DNA from: an uncultured Syntrophaceae bacterium | GTDB lineage: Bacteria > Desulfobacterota > Syntrophia > Syntrophales > UBA2210 | Assembly (NCBI GenBank): GCA_964394725.1 | Contig: CAYMYS010000004.1 | Coordinates: 821 to 64,820, forward strand | Length of the DNA stretch: 64,000 nucleotides | Direction: 5' to 3' | Shown here: piece after piece, positions 39,130-47,729 of the stretch | How the letters are laid out: each line of letters begins with the position of its first letter | Position numbering within the stretch: the stretch's first letter is position 1 | Program-made: the position numbers and the translations under genes | The notes under the pieces: generated by a model | Databases searched by the model: none | Told to the model about the DNA's origin: nothing | What the model saw: the letters and a program-made list of their open reading frames with translations, nothing else

Positions 39130-39882
39130 ATGAAAGATAAAAACCCCAGGGTCAGGTTGGATAGGCTGCTCGTTGAGCGAGGCATGGCCCTGTCCCGTGA
39201 AAGGGCAAAGGCATTTATACTATCGGGGGCAGTCCTCGTCGAAGAGGAGAGCATAAGCAAGGTGGGAACGCTGGTTCGCCGCGGTTCACAGATTAGAATA
39301 AAGGGTGATGATAACCCCTATGCCAGCAGGGGGGGGATAAAACTCAAGGGCGTAATCGCGGAGTTCGATATCTCTGTCAGGGATATGGTTGCCCTTGATG
39401 TGGGGGCCTCGACGGGAGGATTTACTGATTGTCTTCTCCAGGAAGGTGCAGGTCATGTATATGCAGTTGATGTGGGCTATGGCCAGCTTGCATGGAAGCT
39501 CCGGTCCGATCCCCGGGTTACCCTTTTCGAGCGGACAAACATACGATACTTTTCAGGAGAGGTCATTACTGAAACAATAGATATTGCCACCATTGATGTC
39601 TCTTTTATTTCACTCAAGCTGGTTCTCCCCATTGTTGCCGATATCATCAGGCGTGGCGCCCTCGTTCTGGCATTGATAAAACCACAGTTCGAGGCGGGAA
39701 GAGACAAGATCGGCAAGAAGGGGGTTGTAAGAGACGAGACTGTGCATCGGAAGGTATGCGATGATATTGCTTTATTTGCCGGTACAGTCAATCTCAGGGT
39801 TGAGGGAACCTGTGAATCGCCCATCACGGGTCCTGCCGGTAACAGGGAATTTTTTTTATATGCAAAAAAGATTGACCCGTAA
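39130..39882 (+). CDS. tlyA: TlyA-family rRNA 2'-O-methyltransferase (S4 domain + FtsJ-like)
   Basis: 250 aa. RLDRLLVERGMALSRERAKAFILSGAVLV, and LDVGASTGGFTDCLLQEGAGHVYAVDVGYGQLAWKLR. Confidence 0.9.
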   Translation: MKDKNPRVRLDRLLVERGMALSRERAKAFILSGAVLVEEESISKVGTLVRRGSQIRIKGDDNPYASRGGIKLKGVIAEFDISVRDMVALDVGASTGGFTDCLLQEGAGHVYAVDVGYGQLAWKLRSDPRVTLFERTNIRYFSGEVITETIDIATIDVSFISLKLVLPIVADIIRRGALVLALIKPQFEAGRDKIGKKGVVRDETVHRKVCDDIALFAGTVNLRVEGTCESPITGPAGNREFFLYAKKIDP

Positions 39883-40060
39883 ATAGTCAGATTTTCTCGC
39901 TGGGAGACCATTATCGGGATGATTTCGATGCTTGGCTAAAAATCTAAAACTCGTGCTAACGCACTCAAACAGTTAGATTTTCTTACCGCCAACCACCGTA
40001 ATCATCTATTTCCCGAAATGCTCAAATCCGTTCGAAAATGACTTTTTACCGGTCTGTCAA
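39872..40060 (-). repeat. MITE-like ~190-bp palindromic element, copy B (inverted)
   Basis: The reverse complement reads TTGACAGACCGGTAAAAAGTCATTTTCGAACGGATTTGAGCATTTCGGGAAATAGATGAT..., matching copies A and C throughout. Its left end overlaps the last codons and the stop codon of tlyA. Confidence 0.8.
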
Positions 40061-40098
40061 CTATAAGATTTTGAAAATAGATTTGGGATAATTGTTTT

Positions 40099-41835
40099 AT
40101 GGAAGTCAAACTGGCAAAAACGGCAGGTTTCTGCATGGGTGTGAGGAGGGCCGTTGATATGGTCCTCGACGTTGCATTGCACAGGGGGAAGGAGAAGGTT
40201 TATACCTACGGACCGATCATACACAATCCGCAGACAGTGGAGCTCCTGAAAAAGAGGGGTGTGCAGCCTCTCGATACAGTCGATGAAATTAACGAGGGGA
40301 TTGTCGTAATCAGGGCCCATGGGATATCCCCTTCAGAAAAAGAAGCGCTGGAAAGGAAAAACATAAAGATATGTGACGCCACCTGCCCCCGTGTTGCCAG
40401 GGTGCAGTCTATTATCAGGAAGCACGTATCGTCGGGTTACAATATTGTCATTGTGGGGGACTGGGAACATCCGGAAGTTAGGGGGCTTATGGGGTATGCA
40501 GGGGATCACGGTACAGTCGTTAGAAACAAAGAGACCGTTGATAGGCTTCCCCTCTATGAAAAGGTGTGCGTCGTCGCACAGACGACGCAGAATCAGGAAG
40601 AGTATCAGGACATCGCGAGTGCGATCAGGGGGAAATATCCCATTGTTGAGGTCTTCAATACAATATGTCATTCCACGGGAAAGAGACAGACCGAGATCAG
40701 AGAACTGGCGGCAGAGATGGATGGCATGGTCATTGTGGGGGGTAAAAACAGTGCAAACACACAACGACTGGCAGAGATATCTCGAAAACAGGAGACCCCC
40801 ACCTATCATATCGAAACGGTGGACGAACTAACCAGTATTGATCTCAGCCGGCATGACAAGGTGGGCGTATCTGCAGGCGCATCGACGCCGAACTGGATAA
40901 TCGATGGGGTTGTCGACTATCTCCTGCATTACAAGGACGGGAAAAAGGCCAGAAGACTGAGAGGTCTTTATAAACTCTGGATATTCGGCGTAAGAACAGA
41001 CATCTATTCCGCCATCGGCGCCGGGTGCCTGTCCCTCGTCGGCATGCTGCTTCAGGGAATCGGACTTAGTATTATCAACATCATGATCGCCGCTACCTAT
41101 GTCTACGCAATGCACACCATTAACAGACTCCAGGACGGAAACTTCGGAAGGATACGGGGAAGTTTCCGGGAAGCGACCTATATACGGCACAAGGGCGTGT
41201 ATATGGCTATTGCCGTCTTGGCACTGATAATGGCACTGGCACTTGCATTAGTAAAAGGTACCGTCCCCTTCCTGTTGCTGTTGCTCATGTCGTTCCTCGG
41301 CATCCTCTATAATATCACGATATTCCCACCTCGATGGGGACTGAAGAGGCTGGTAGACATTCCGGGATCAAAAAATGTCTTTACTGCAACGGCGTGGGGT
41401 CTTGTGACGGTTCTCATACCTCAATTCGCAATCGGTCTTGAAATAACGACGGGTACGATCGTGGCATTTTTATTTATCTTCAACATCGTCTTTGTGAAAT
41501 CCGCGCTTTCCGATATGATAGATATACAGAGTGACCGGCTGGTGGGACGTGAAACCATTCCCGTTGTCATCGGAGAAGAACATACACTGAAACTTTTACA
41601 AGGGATATCCATACTTACGGGGGTCGTGCTGATTGCTGCCGTACCCGCCGGATATGCCCCATCGTTGAGCCTGGTGATCTTGGTATCCATATTTTATATA
41701 TGGATTTGTTTCAGATTTTATGATAGAAAAACACGATTTTCGAATATCGTGCTGGAGGGTCTATTGGGAACAAACAATATCATTGCAGGTGTTAGTGCAC
41801 TCATCTGGTTTATTGTCGAAAGGCATATTGTGTAG
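40099..41835 (+). CDS. ispH: IspH (HMBPP reductase, LytB) fused to a C-terminal UbiA-like nine-helix membrane domain
   Basis: 578 aa in one frame. The N-terminal half has KTAGFCMGVRRAV, DATCPRVARVQ, NTICHSTGKRQ, GGKNSANTQRL and SAGASTPNW. The C-terminal half has nine hydrophobic segments, with NRLQD after helix 2 and SDMIDIQSDRLVGRETIPVVIG after helix 6. Confidence 0.85.
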   Translation: MEVKLAKTAGFCMGVRRAVDMVLDVALHRGKEKVYTYGPIIHNPQTVELLKKRGVQPLDTVDEINEGIVVIRAHGISPSEKEALERKNIKICDATCPRVARVQSIIRKHVSSGYNIVIVGDWEHPEVRGLMGYAGDHGTVVRNKETVDRLPLYEKVCVVAQTTQNQEEYQDIASAIRGKYPIVEVFNTICHSTGKRQTEIRELAAEMDGMVIVGGKNSANTQRLAEISRKQETPTYHIETVDELTSIDLSRHDKVGVSAGASTPNWIIDGVVDYLLHYKDGKKARRLRGLYKLWIFGVRTDIYSAIGAGCLSLVGMLLQGIGLSIINIMIAATYVYAMHTINRLQDGNFGRIRGSFREATYIRHKGVYMAIAVLALIMALALALVKGTVPFLLLLLMSFLGILYNITIFPPRWGLKRLVDIPGSKNVFTATAWGLVTVLIPQFAIGLEITTGTIVAFLFIFNIVFVKSALSDMIDIQSDRLVGRETIPVVIGEEHTLKLLQGISILTGVVLIAAVPAGYAPSLSLVILVSIFYIWICFRFYDRKTRFSNIVLEGLLGTNNIIAGVSALIWFIVERHIV

Positions 41836-41855
41836 AAGAATACATAGGGGGGAGT

Positions 41856-42452
41856 ATGCAAGTGATCAAAACTTTTGTAAAAGTGTCCTTTCTGGTTGTG
41901 ATGGCTGCCATGCTTTTGGCTTGCGGAGGACTGCGCTATTCCCAGGTTGCGCCCGATGCGAAAGACTTCAAGCCCAAAACGATAGGGGTGCTGCCTGTTA
42001 ATGTGGGCGCCTATGAGGAGGCAAGAAGCGTAGCCGATCAGATCATTTCCGGTGTCCTTGTGAAAAAGGGATGGTTTTCGAATGTCCTTTCTCCCGTGAA
42101 AACGAAGAGCCAGATGGATCACAATAACAAACTCCGGGATATGGTGGTCGACTACCTGACGAAGCTGGAAACGGTGAATTTTTCCGATCCCGAACGGAGT
42201 AAAGAGATTGGCGAAAGTTACGGGATGGAAGCATTCCTTGTTGTGAATGTGGATTTCTGGAATTACACGGTAGAGGGGGGCGACAAGGTCGCCAAAGTCG
42301 GTTTTTCCATGGATCTTGTTGAGGCACAAACGGGGAAGATCTTGTGGAAGGCCGGGCACCATGAGGTGGAGGATTACTGGCTCATGAAACCCGATCTTTC
42401 TAAACTGGCCCAGAAGGTAGCCGGCATGATGATTGACGCAATGCCCCACTGA
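41856..42452 (+). CDS. Lipoprotein, DUF799/GNA1162-like
   Basis: 198 aa. Lipobox MLLACG. PKTIGVLPVNVGAYEEA...KKGWFSNV resembles the DUF799 pattern, though that family assignment is tentative. The 253-aa antisense ORF is rejected. Confidence 0.6.
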   Translation: MQVIKTFVKVSFLVVMAAMLLACGGLRYSQVAPDAKDFKPKTIGVLPVNVGAYEEARSVADQIISGVLVKKGWFSNVLSPVKTKSQMDHNNKLRDMVVDYLTKLETVNFSDPERSKEIGESYGMEAFLVVNVDFWNYTVEGGDKVAKVGFSMDLVEAQTGKILWKAGHHEVEDYWLMKPDLSKLAQKVAGMMIDAMPH

Positions 42453-42490
42453 TGATTTTCTGAAACTGGATAAATACAAAGAGATATACT

Positions 42491-42714
42491 ATGCGAGAAA
42501 AGGTAGAAACTGCGTTAAATGCTATAAAACCCATGCTATAGGCAGCCGGCGGTGACGTCGGTCTTGTTGACGTGAGCGAGGATGGGGTTGTAGAGGTCAA
42601 GCTTGTCGGTGCTTGCGGAAGCTCTGTCCCATGGCGCAGATGACATTGAAGATGGGTATAGAGAAACGCCTCAAGGAGAGTCTCCCTGAGGTCAAGGAAG
42701 TTGTGGCGGTGTAA
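42491..42714 (+). pseudogene. NifU-like (C-terminal NifU domain) gene disrupted by a nonsense codon and a +2 frameshift
   Basis: Reads MREKVETALNAIKPML-TAG-AAGGDVGLVDVSEDGVVEVKLVGACGS. After 2 extra nt near 42623 it continues CPMAQMTLKMGIEKRLKESLPEVKEVVAV-stop. The length is 224 nt (3n+2). Confidence 0.65.
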
Positions 42715-42916
42715 TAGGCCTGGATACTTAGTAAGGTAGAAATTGGTTTCCTTAGAAAGCGATTTCGTGACCGTACTTATCCCCTGAGGGGGACTTTCCC
42801 CTTTATGGGGGTTAGTAAGTTAGAATGTGCTTTCTCGTAGAGAGCAGATTTAACACACTTATCCCGTTTATCAGGGTTAGGTTATTTTACAAACAAATAT
42901 AAATAGAGGAGGATAG

Positions 42917-43093
<177 letters not shown>

Positions 43094-43111
43094 GGGGAGG
43101 AAAACTATCAT

Positions 43112-43155
43112 GAGGAAGGCTTGATCTGATCGGTCGGGCCTTCCTCTATCTTTTT
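43112..43155 (+). terminator. Rho-independent terminator after the ferredoxin gene
   Basis: GAGGAAGGC-N17-GCCTTCCTC followed by TATCTTTTT. Confidence 0.7.
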
Positions 43156-43165
43156 AAAAGATGGA

Positions 43166-43822
43166 ATGGAATTATTTATTGTATTCGAAGGAATCGAAGG
43201 TTCCGGTAAGACAACACAGGTTAAGAAAGCGGGGGATTATCTTGCAAAGAGAAATATCCCTTTTATCGTAACCAGTGAACCGGGTGGCACTGAACTGGGA
43301 GGAGAACTCAGGCAGCTTCTCCTCCACAAGACGACACTTTCCCTTGGCATAAAGACAGAGCTTCTCCTCTTTGCCGCAGATAGAGCCCAACATGTTGAAG
43401 AAATAATCGTACCAGCCTTAAAGGAAGGAAGGGTCGTTTTATGTGACCGTTTTTCCGATGCCACTATTGCCTACCAGGGATATGGACGCGGGTGGGATAT
43501 AGATACCATAAAGAAGATGAATGATTTTGCAACCCAGTCCCTGAAACCCGATTTGACCTTTCTCATCGACCTTCCCGTTGTTACGGGACTGGCGAGAGTA
43601 GCAAGCCGGGCATCAGATGCTGCCATGCAACGAGGGATGAAAGAGGCACTCGACGATAGATTCGAAAAGGAAAAGGAGTCATTCCATAAACGGGTACGCG
43701 AGGGTTATCTCTCCATCGCCGGGAATGAACCGGAGAGATTCCGGGTAATCGACGGTTTAATGGGCATCAGCGAAATCCACAATGAAATTTGCCGTTCCCT
43801 GCAGGAATTGATAGAGAGATAG
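43166..43822 (+). CDS. tmk: Thymidylate kinase
   Basis: 218 aa. FIVFEGIEGSGKTTQ P-loop, DRFSDATIAYQGYGRG. Confidence 0.92.
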   Translation: MELFIVFEGIEGSGKTTQVKKAGDYLAKRNIPFIVTSEPGGTELGGELRQLLLHKTTLSLGIKTELLLFAADRAQHVEEIIVPALKEGRVVLCDRFSDATIAYQGYGRGWDIDTIKKMNDFATQSLKPDLTFLIDLPVVTGLARVASRASDAAMQRGMKEALDDRFEKEKESFHKRVREGYLSIAGNEPERFRVIDGLMGISEIHNEICRSLQELIER

Positions 43823-43825
43823 GCT

Positions 43826-44839
43826 ATGTCATTCAAGGATATCTACGGTCAAGAGAGACAGATCGCTATTTTGCAGAAGACCATCATGAAGGGGCGTATC
43901 CCCAATGCCTATCTTTTCCATGGCATGGATGGAATAGGTAAAAAAACGACGGCCACAGCACTGGCAAAGACGCTCAACTGCACGGAGGGGAAGAGCGATT
44001 CCTGTGATACCTGTGGGGCCTGCAGAAAGATCGACCATGGGAACCATGCCGACCTTGTTATTATACAACCTCAGGGAATCCTCATAAAGATCGAGGAAAT
44101 CAGAAAACTGCAGGATCAGGCGAAGTATCGTCCCTTCGAAGGGAAGAAAAGGGTATTCATAATCGATGATGCCGAAAAGATGAATATCTACGCCGCCAAT
44201 GCACTCTTGAAGATCCTTGAAGAACCGGGGCCTTCCAATCTCCTCATACTGATTACGTCGCGACCCTATGTGCTCCCCCAGACCATCGCATCTCGCTGCC
44301 AGAAGATGAGATTCAGTCCCCTGAAGAGAGAGATTGTTGCCGCTTTTCTGACGGAGAGACTGGCCCTGGACGAAGAAGCCGCCTTGATACTGGCCTCATC
44401 CTGCGAAGGGAGCATCGGTCGGGCCCTGACAATGCGGGACGATTCCTATATTGCAGTCAAACATGATCTTATAAAGAGGATTGCTTCTTCCGGCAGAGGG
44501 ACGGATCACCTGCAACTGCTTTCACTGGCACATGAACTGGGGGGGGATAGAACCGATATTCTGGAGAAAATAGATATACTGAAAAGCTGGTATCGGGACG
44601 TGCTCCTATTTAGTGAAATGAAGGATCATGCCATACTGATTCACCCGGACTGTGCCGATATGACAAAGAGATTTTCTGAAAATATGACGGGACCGGGTAT
44701 ACTGAAGAGTATCAAAACCATGGGCAATGCCTATCGCGCAATCGAACAGAATGCCAACAAACAGTTGACTTTGGAATCAATGATGTTTAAACTCGCGTCA
44801 ATTCGGCAGAAAACCGCCGGCAATGGATTAAGTGTGTAA
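43826..44839 (+). CDS. holB: DNA polymerase III delta' subunit
   Basis: 337 aa. AYLFHGMDGIGKKTTA, zinc-module CDTCGACRKI, VFIIDDAEKMNIYAANALLKILEEP. Confidence 0.88.
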   Translation: MSFKDIYGQERQIAILQKTIMKGRIPNAYLFHGMDGIGKKTTATALAKTLNCTEGKSDSCDTCGACRKIDHGNHADLVIIQPQGILIKIEEIRKLQDQAKYRPFEGKKRVFIIDDAEKMNIYAANALLKILEEPGPSNLLILITSRPYVLPQTIASRCQKMRFSPLKREIVAAFLTERLALDEEAALILASSCEGSIGRALTMRDDSYIAVKHDLIKRIASSGRGTDHLQLLSLAHELGGDRTDILEKIDILKSWYRDVLLFSEMKDHAILIHPDCADMTKRFSENMTGPGILKSIKTMGNAYRAIEQNANKQLTLESMMFKLASIRQKTAGNGLSV

Positions 44840-44843
44840 AATT

Positions 44844-45668
44844 ATGCATAACCAATCACAGAAAAGACCGATGAAGAAAATAGTAGGTGTACGGTTTAAG
44901 GAAAAGGGAAAGATCTACACCTTTGATGCAAGCGGTATTATCCTTAAGAAGGGTGAACATGTCATCGTTAATACTGAAGATGGTATGGCCGTGGGTTACG
45001 TAGCCACCAGAGTCAGACTGTCTCCCGATGATAAATTGCCTCCAAACCTGAAAAAGGTCGTTCGCAAGGCAACGGAAGGGGATGCCGCCATTGAGGAAGG
45101 TAATGTTGTACTCGGGAAAGAGGCCTTTGGATTTTGCTGTGACAGGATAACGAGCAGAGAACTTCCCATGAAACTGGTTGATGTGGAATGTCTCTTTGAT
45201 AAGAGCAAGATCATATTTTCTTTTACCGCCGAAGACAGGGTTGATTTCCGAAAGCTGGTAAAAGATCTTGTGCAGAAATATAAATCCAGGATCGAATTGC
45301 GACAGATCTGGGTGCGAAGCGAGGCTCGCATATGCGGGGGCATGGGAATCTGCGGGAGAGAATTGTGCTGTACAAGCTTTCTCACTAACTTTGTGCCCGT
45401 TACCATAAAGATGGCTAAAGAACAAAATATGCTGTTGAATCCGGAGAAGATATCCGGTCTCTGTGGAAGGCTTTTCTGTTGTCTCTCCTACGAGTACGAT
45501 AACTATATGGATGCGAAAAAGAACATGCCCAAATGCGGAAAATGCGTCACCCTCCGTGAAGGGCGAGGCAGGGTACTGAGGCAGAAAATCCTGGAGCAAA
45601 GGGTCGTTGTCGGCCTCGAGGAAGGGAAAGAGGTAGAGGTATCGGTCCGCGATGTCAAGGAGGAATAG
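44844..45668 (+). CDS. PSP1 domain protein (YaaT/RicT-like)
   Basis: IVGVRFKEKGKIYTFDA..., and the C-terminal Cys-rich CGRELCCTSFL...GLCGRLFCCLSYE. The start is uncertain (GTG 44832, ATG 44844 or ATG 44871). Confidence 0.85.
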   Translation: MHNQSQKRPMKKIVGVRFKEKGKIYTFDASGIILKKGEHVIVNTEDGMAVGYVATRVRLSPDDKLPPNLKKVVRKATEGDAAIEEGNVVLGKEAFGFCCDRITSRELPMKLVDVECLFDKSKIIFSFTAEDRVDFRKLVKDLVQKYKSRIELRQIWVRSEARICGGMGICGRELCCTSFLTNFVPVTIKMAKEQNMLLNPEKISGLCGRLFCCLSYEYDNYMDAKKNMPKCGKCVTLREGRGRVLRQKILEQRVVVGLEEGKEVEVSVRDVKEE

Positions 45669-45801
45669 GTGTAGGATAGTTCTCAAAATATGTTTTAAGA
45701 TAACAACCCTCTGCCTTCCTGAGCAGTAACCAGCAGCCCTTCAGATATCAGAATCAGCAATTTTTTATCAAAGGACAAAATATTATCGGGGTAAGAATAT
45801 C

Positions 45802-47694
45802 ATGCAGAAATCATTTTATATTACCACACCAATCTACTATGTGAATGCGTCGCCGCACATTGGACATGCATATACGACGATAGTGGCCGATGTCATGGCC
45901 AGATATTACCGGATGGCCGGTTACGGGACATACTTCCTCACCGGCACCGATGAACATGGCGATAAGGTCGCTGAAGCCGCCGAGATGGCCAATGAGACTC
46001 CCCAGGAGTACAGCGACAGAATAAGTGCCCAGTTTCGTACGCTCTGGCCGGAACTTTCCATAACCAATGACAATTTTATAAGGACCACCGATAAGGATCA
46101 CAGAGAAACGGTGAAGTCCATTCTGCAGAAGGTCTACGATGCGGGGGATATTTATTTCGGGGAATATGAAGGCTTCTATTGCGTCGGCTGCGAACGGTTC
46201 TACAGAGAAAGCGAGTTGGTAGAGGGGAAATGTCCCGACCACCAGACCTTTCCCGAACACCGGAAAGAGAGCAACTACTTTTTCAGGATGAGCAAATACC
46301 AGGACTGGCTCATCGCACACATCACGGACAATCCCGATTTCATCAGACCTGAACGGTACAAAAACGAGGCCCTTGCCTTCCTCAAAGAACCCCTTGAAGA
46401 TCTCTGCATATCGAGGCCCAAGACACGGCTGACCTGGGGGATAACGCTCCCCTTCGATGAAAACTACGTAACCTATGTATGGTTTGATGCCCTGATAAAC
46501 TATCTTACCGGTATCGGTTATCCTGAGGGTAAAAAATATTCTGAGTTCTGGCCCGTTGCGGAACATCTCATAGCAAAGGATATCCTGAAACCCCATGGCA
46601 TCTACTGGCCCACCATGCTGAAAGCGGCGGGTGTGGAGCCCTATCGGCACCTCAATGTCCATGGCTACTGGAATATCGATCAGAGCAAGATGTCCAAGAG
46701 CAGAGGAACCGTGGTAAAACCCTTGGACCTCAAGGATAAATACGGTCTCGACGCATTTCGCTACTTTCTCATGAGGGATATGGTCTTCGGACTCGATTCC
46801 AATTTCAGTGAAGAGGGTTTTGTGCAGCGCATAAACTCGGACCTGGCCAACGATCTGGGAAACCTTACCAGCAGGTCACTCTCGATGGCTGAGAAATACT
46901 GCGACGGAAAGGTCCCCCCACGGAATGAGGTCTACGGGGAGGAGGAGAGCCACATGACCGAAAGTGCCGAGGCGCTCCTGCCGGAGGTTGAAAAATCCTT
47001 CAGTGCACTTGCCTTTCACAAGGCCCTCATCGCCATATGGGACTTTATAAACATCACCAACCGATACATCGTCGCAAGCGAGCCTTGGGCACTGGCCAGA
47101 GACCCTGCGGCAAAGGACAGGCTGGATGGAGTTATCTACACAATTCTGGAGGCCTTGAGAGTAATCGCCGTCGTCACATCACCCTTTATGCCCGACGCAT
47201 CGGGAGAAATCATGAAGAGACTGGGTATTACCGATAGTGCATCCCAGGGCTTCGACAGTATCAGAAGATGGGGTTTCTTACCGGCAGGAAATACTATCAC
47301 TCGCGGCGATTCCCTTTTTCCCCGGGTGGAATACAAGGGCGAAGGAGAAAAGGCAAAGTTGTCCGATATAAAGAAAGAAATCACCTTTGACGATTTCGAG
47401 AAAATAGACCTGAGGGTGGCTCTGATCCTGGAGGCGAAGGCAGTTCCCAAGTCGGACAAACTCATCAAGCTGAAGATCGATATCGGTGAGGAAAGAACGA
47501 TTGTCGCCGGGATGGGCAGGGATTACAAACCGGAAGAACTGGTGGGAAAGAAGATCCCCGTCCTGGTAAACCTGAAACAGGCTAAACTGATGGGAGTCAC
47601 ATCCAAGGGAATGCTCCTTGCTACCGATATGGAACAGGGACTCACCCTCCTTTCCTTCGACGGCGACGCAAAGGTGGGGGCAAAGATAAGATAG
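45802..47694 (+). CDS. metG: Methionine--tRNA ligase with C-terminal tRNA-binding (EMAP-like) domain
   Basis: 630 aa. PHIGHAYT (HIGH), KMSKSRGT (KMSKS), zinc knuckle CVGCERF...CPDH. Confidence 0.95.
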   Translation: MQKSFYITTPIYYVNASPHIGHAYTTIVADVMARYYRMAGYGTYFLTGTDEHGDKVAEAAEMANETPQEYSDRISAQFRTLWPELSITNDNFIRTTDKDHRETVKSILQKVYDAGDIYFGEYEGFYCVGCERFYRESELVEGKCPDHQTFPEHRKESNYFFRMSKYQDWLIAHITDNPDFIRPERYKNEALAFLKEPLEDLCISRPKTRLTWGITLPFDENYVTYVWFDALINYLTGIGYPEGKKYSEFWPVAEHLIAKDILKPHGIYWPTMLKAAGVEPYRHLNVHGYWNIDQSKMSKSRGTVVKPLDLKDKYGLDAFRYFLMRDMVFGLDSNFSEEGFVQRINSDLANDLGNLTSRSLSMAEKYCDGKVPPRNEVYGEEESHMTESAEALLPEVEKSFSALAFHKALIAIWDFINITNRYIVASEPWALARDPAAKDRLDGVIYTILEALRVIAVVTSPFMPDASGEIMKRLGITDSASQGFDSIRRWGFLPAGNTITRGDSLFPRVEYKGEGEKAKLSDIKKEITFDDFEKIDLRVALILEAKAVPKSDKLIKLKIDIGEERTIVAGMGRDYKPEELVGKKIPVLVNLKQAKLMGVTSKGMLLATDMEQGLTLLSFDGDAKVGAKIR

Positions 47695-47698
47695 GAAA

Positions 47699-47717
47699 GG
47701 GCGGGTTGAACCCGCCC
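47699..47717. terminator. GC hairpin between the convergent metG and aldolase genes
   Basis: GGGCGGG-ttgaa-CCCGCCC. There is no clear U-tract on either strand. Confidence 0.45.
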
Positions 47718-47729
47718 TCAAGAGGTAAT

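Noticed and set aside
41718-42479. 253-aa minus-strand ORF overlapping the lipoprotein gene. Similar long antisense ORFs occur elsewhere: 6994-7689, 12591-13199, 16583-17488, 44856-45686, 45811-46662, 59674-60438, 61678-62517, 62852-63832.
   Set aside because: Each lies antisense to a gene with clear family motifs. Their translations are His/Arg/Cys-rich with no recognisable motifs. They are the usual shadow ORFs of mid/high-GC coding regions.
42539-42541. In-frame TAG in the NifU-like gene (and TGA in the MBL remnant at ~15026) as pyrrolysine or selenocysteine recoding.
   Set aside because: Both genes also contain frameshifts. Neither family is known to use Sec or Pyl at these positions. 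TAG and TGA act as ordinary stops for many genes in the window.
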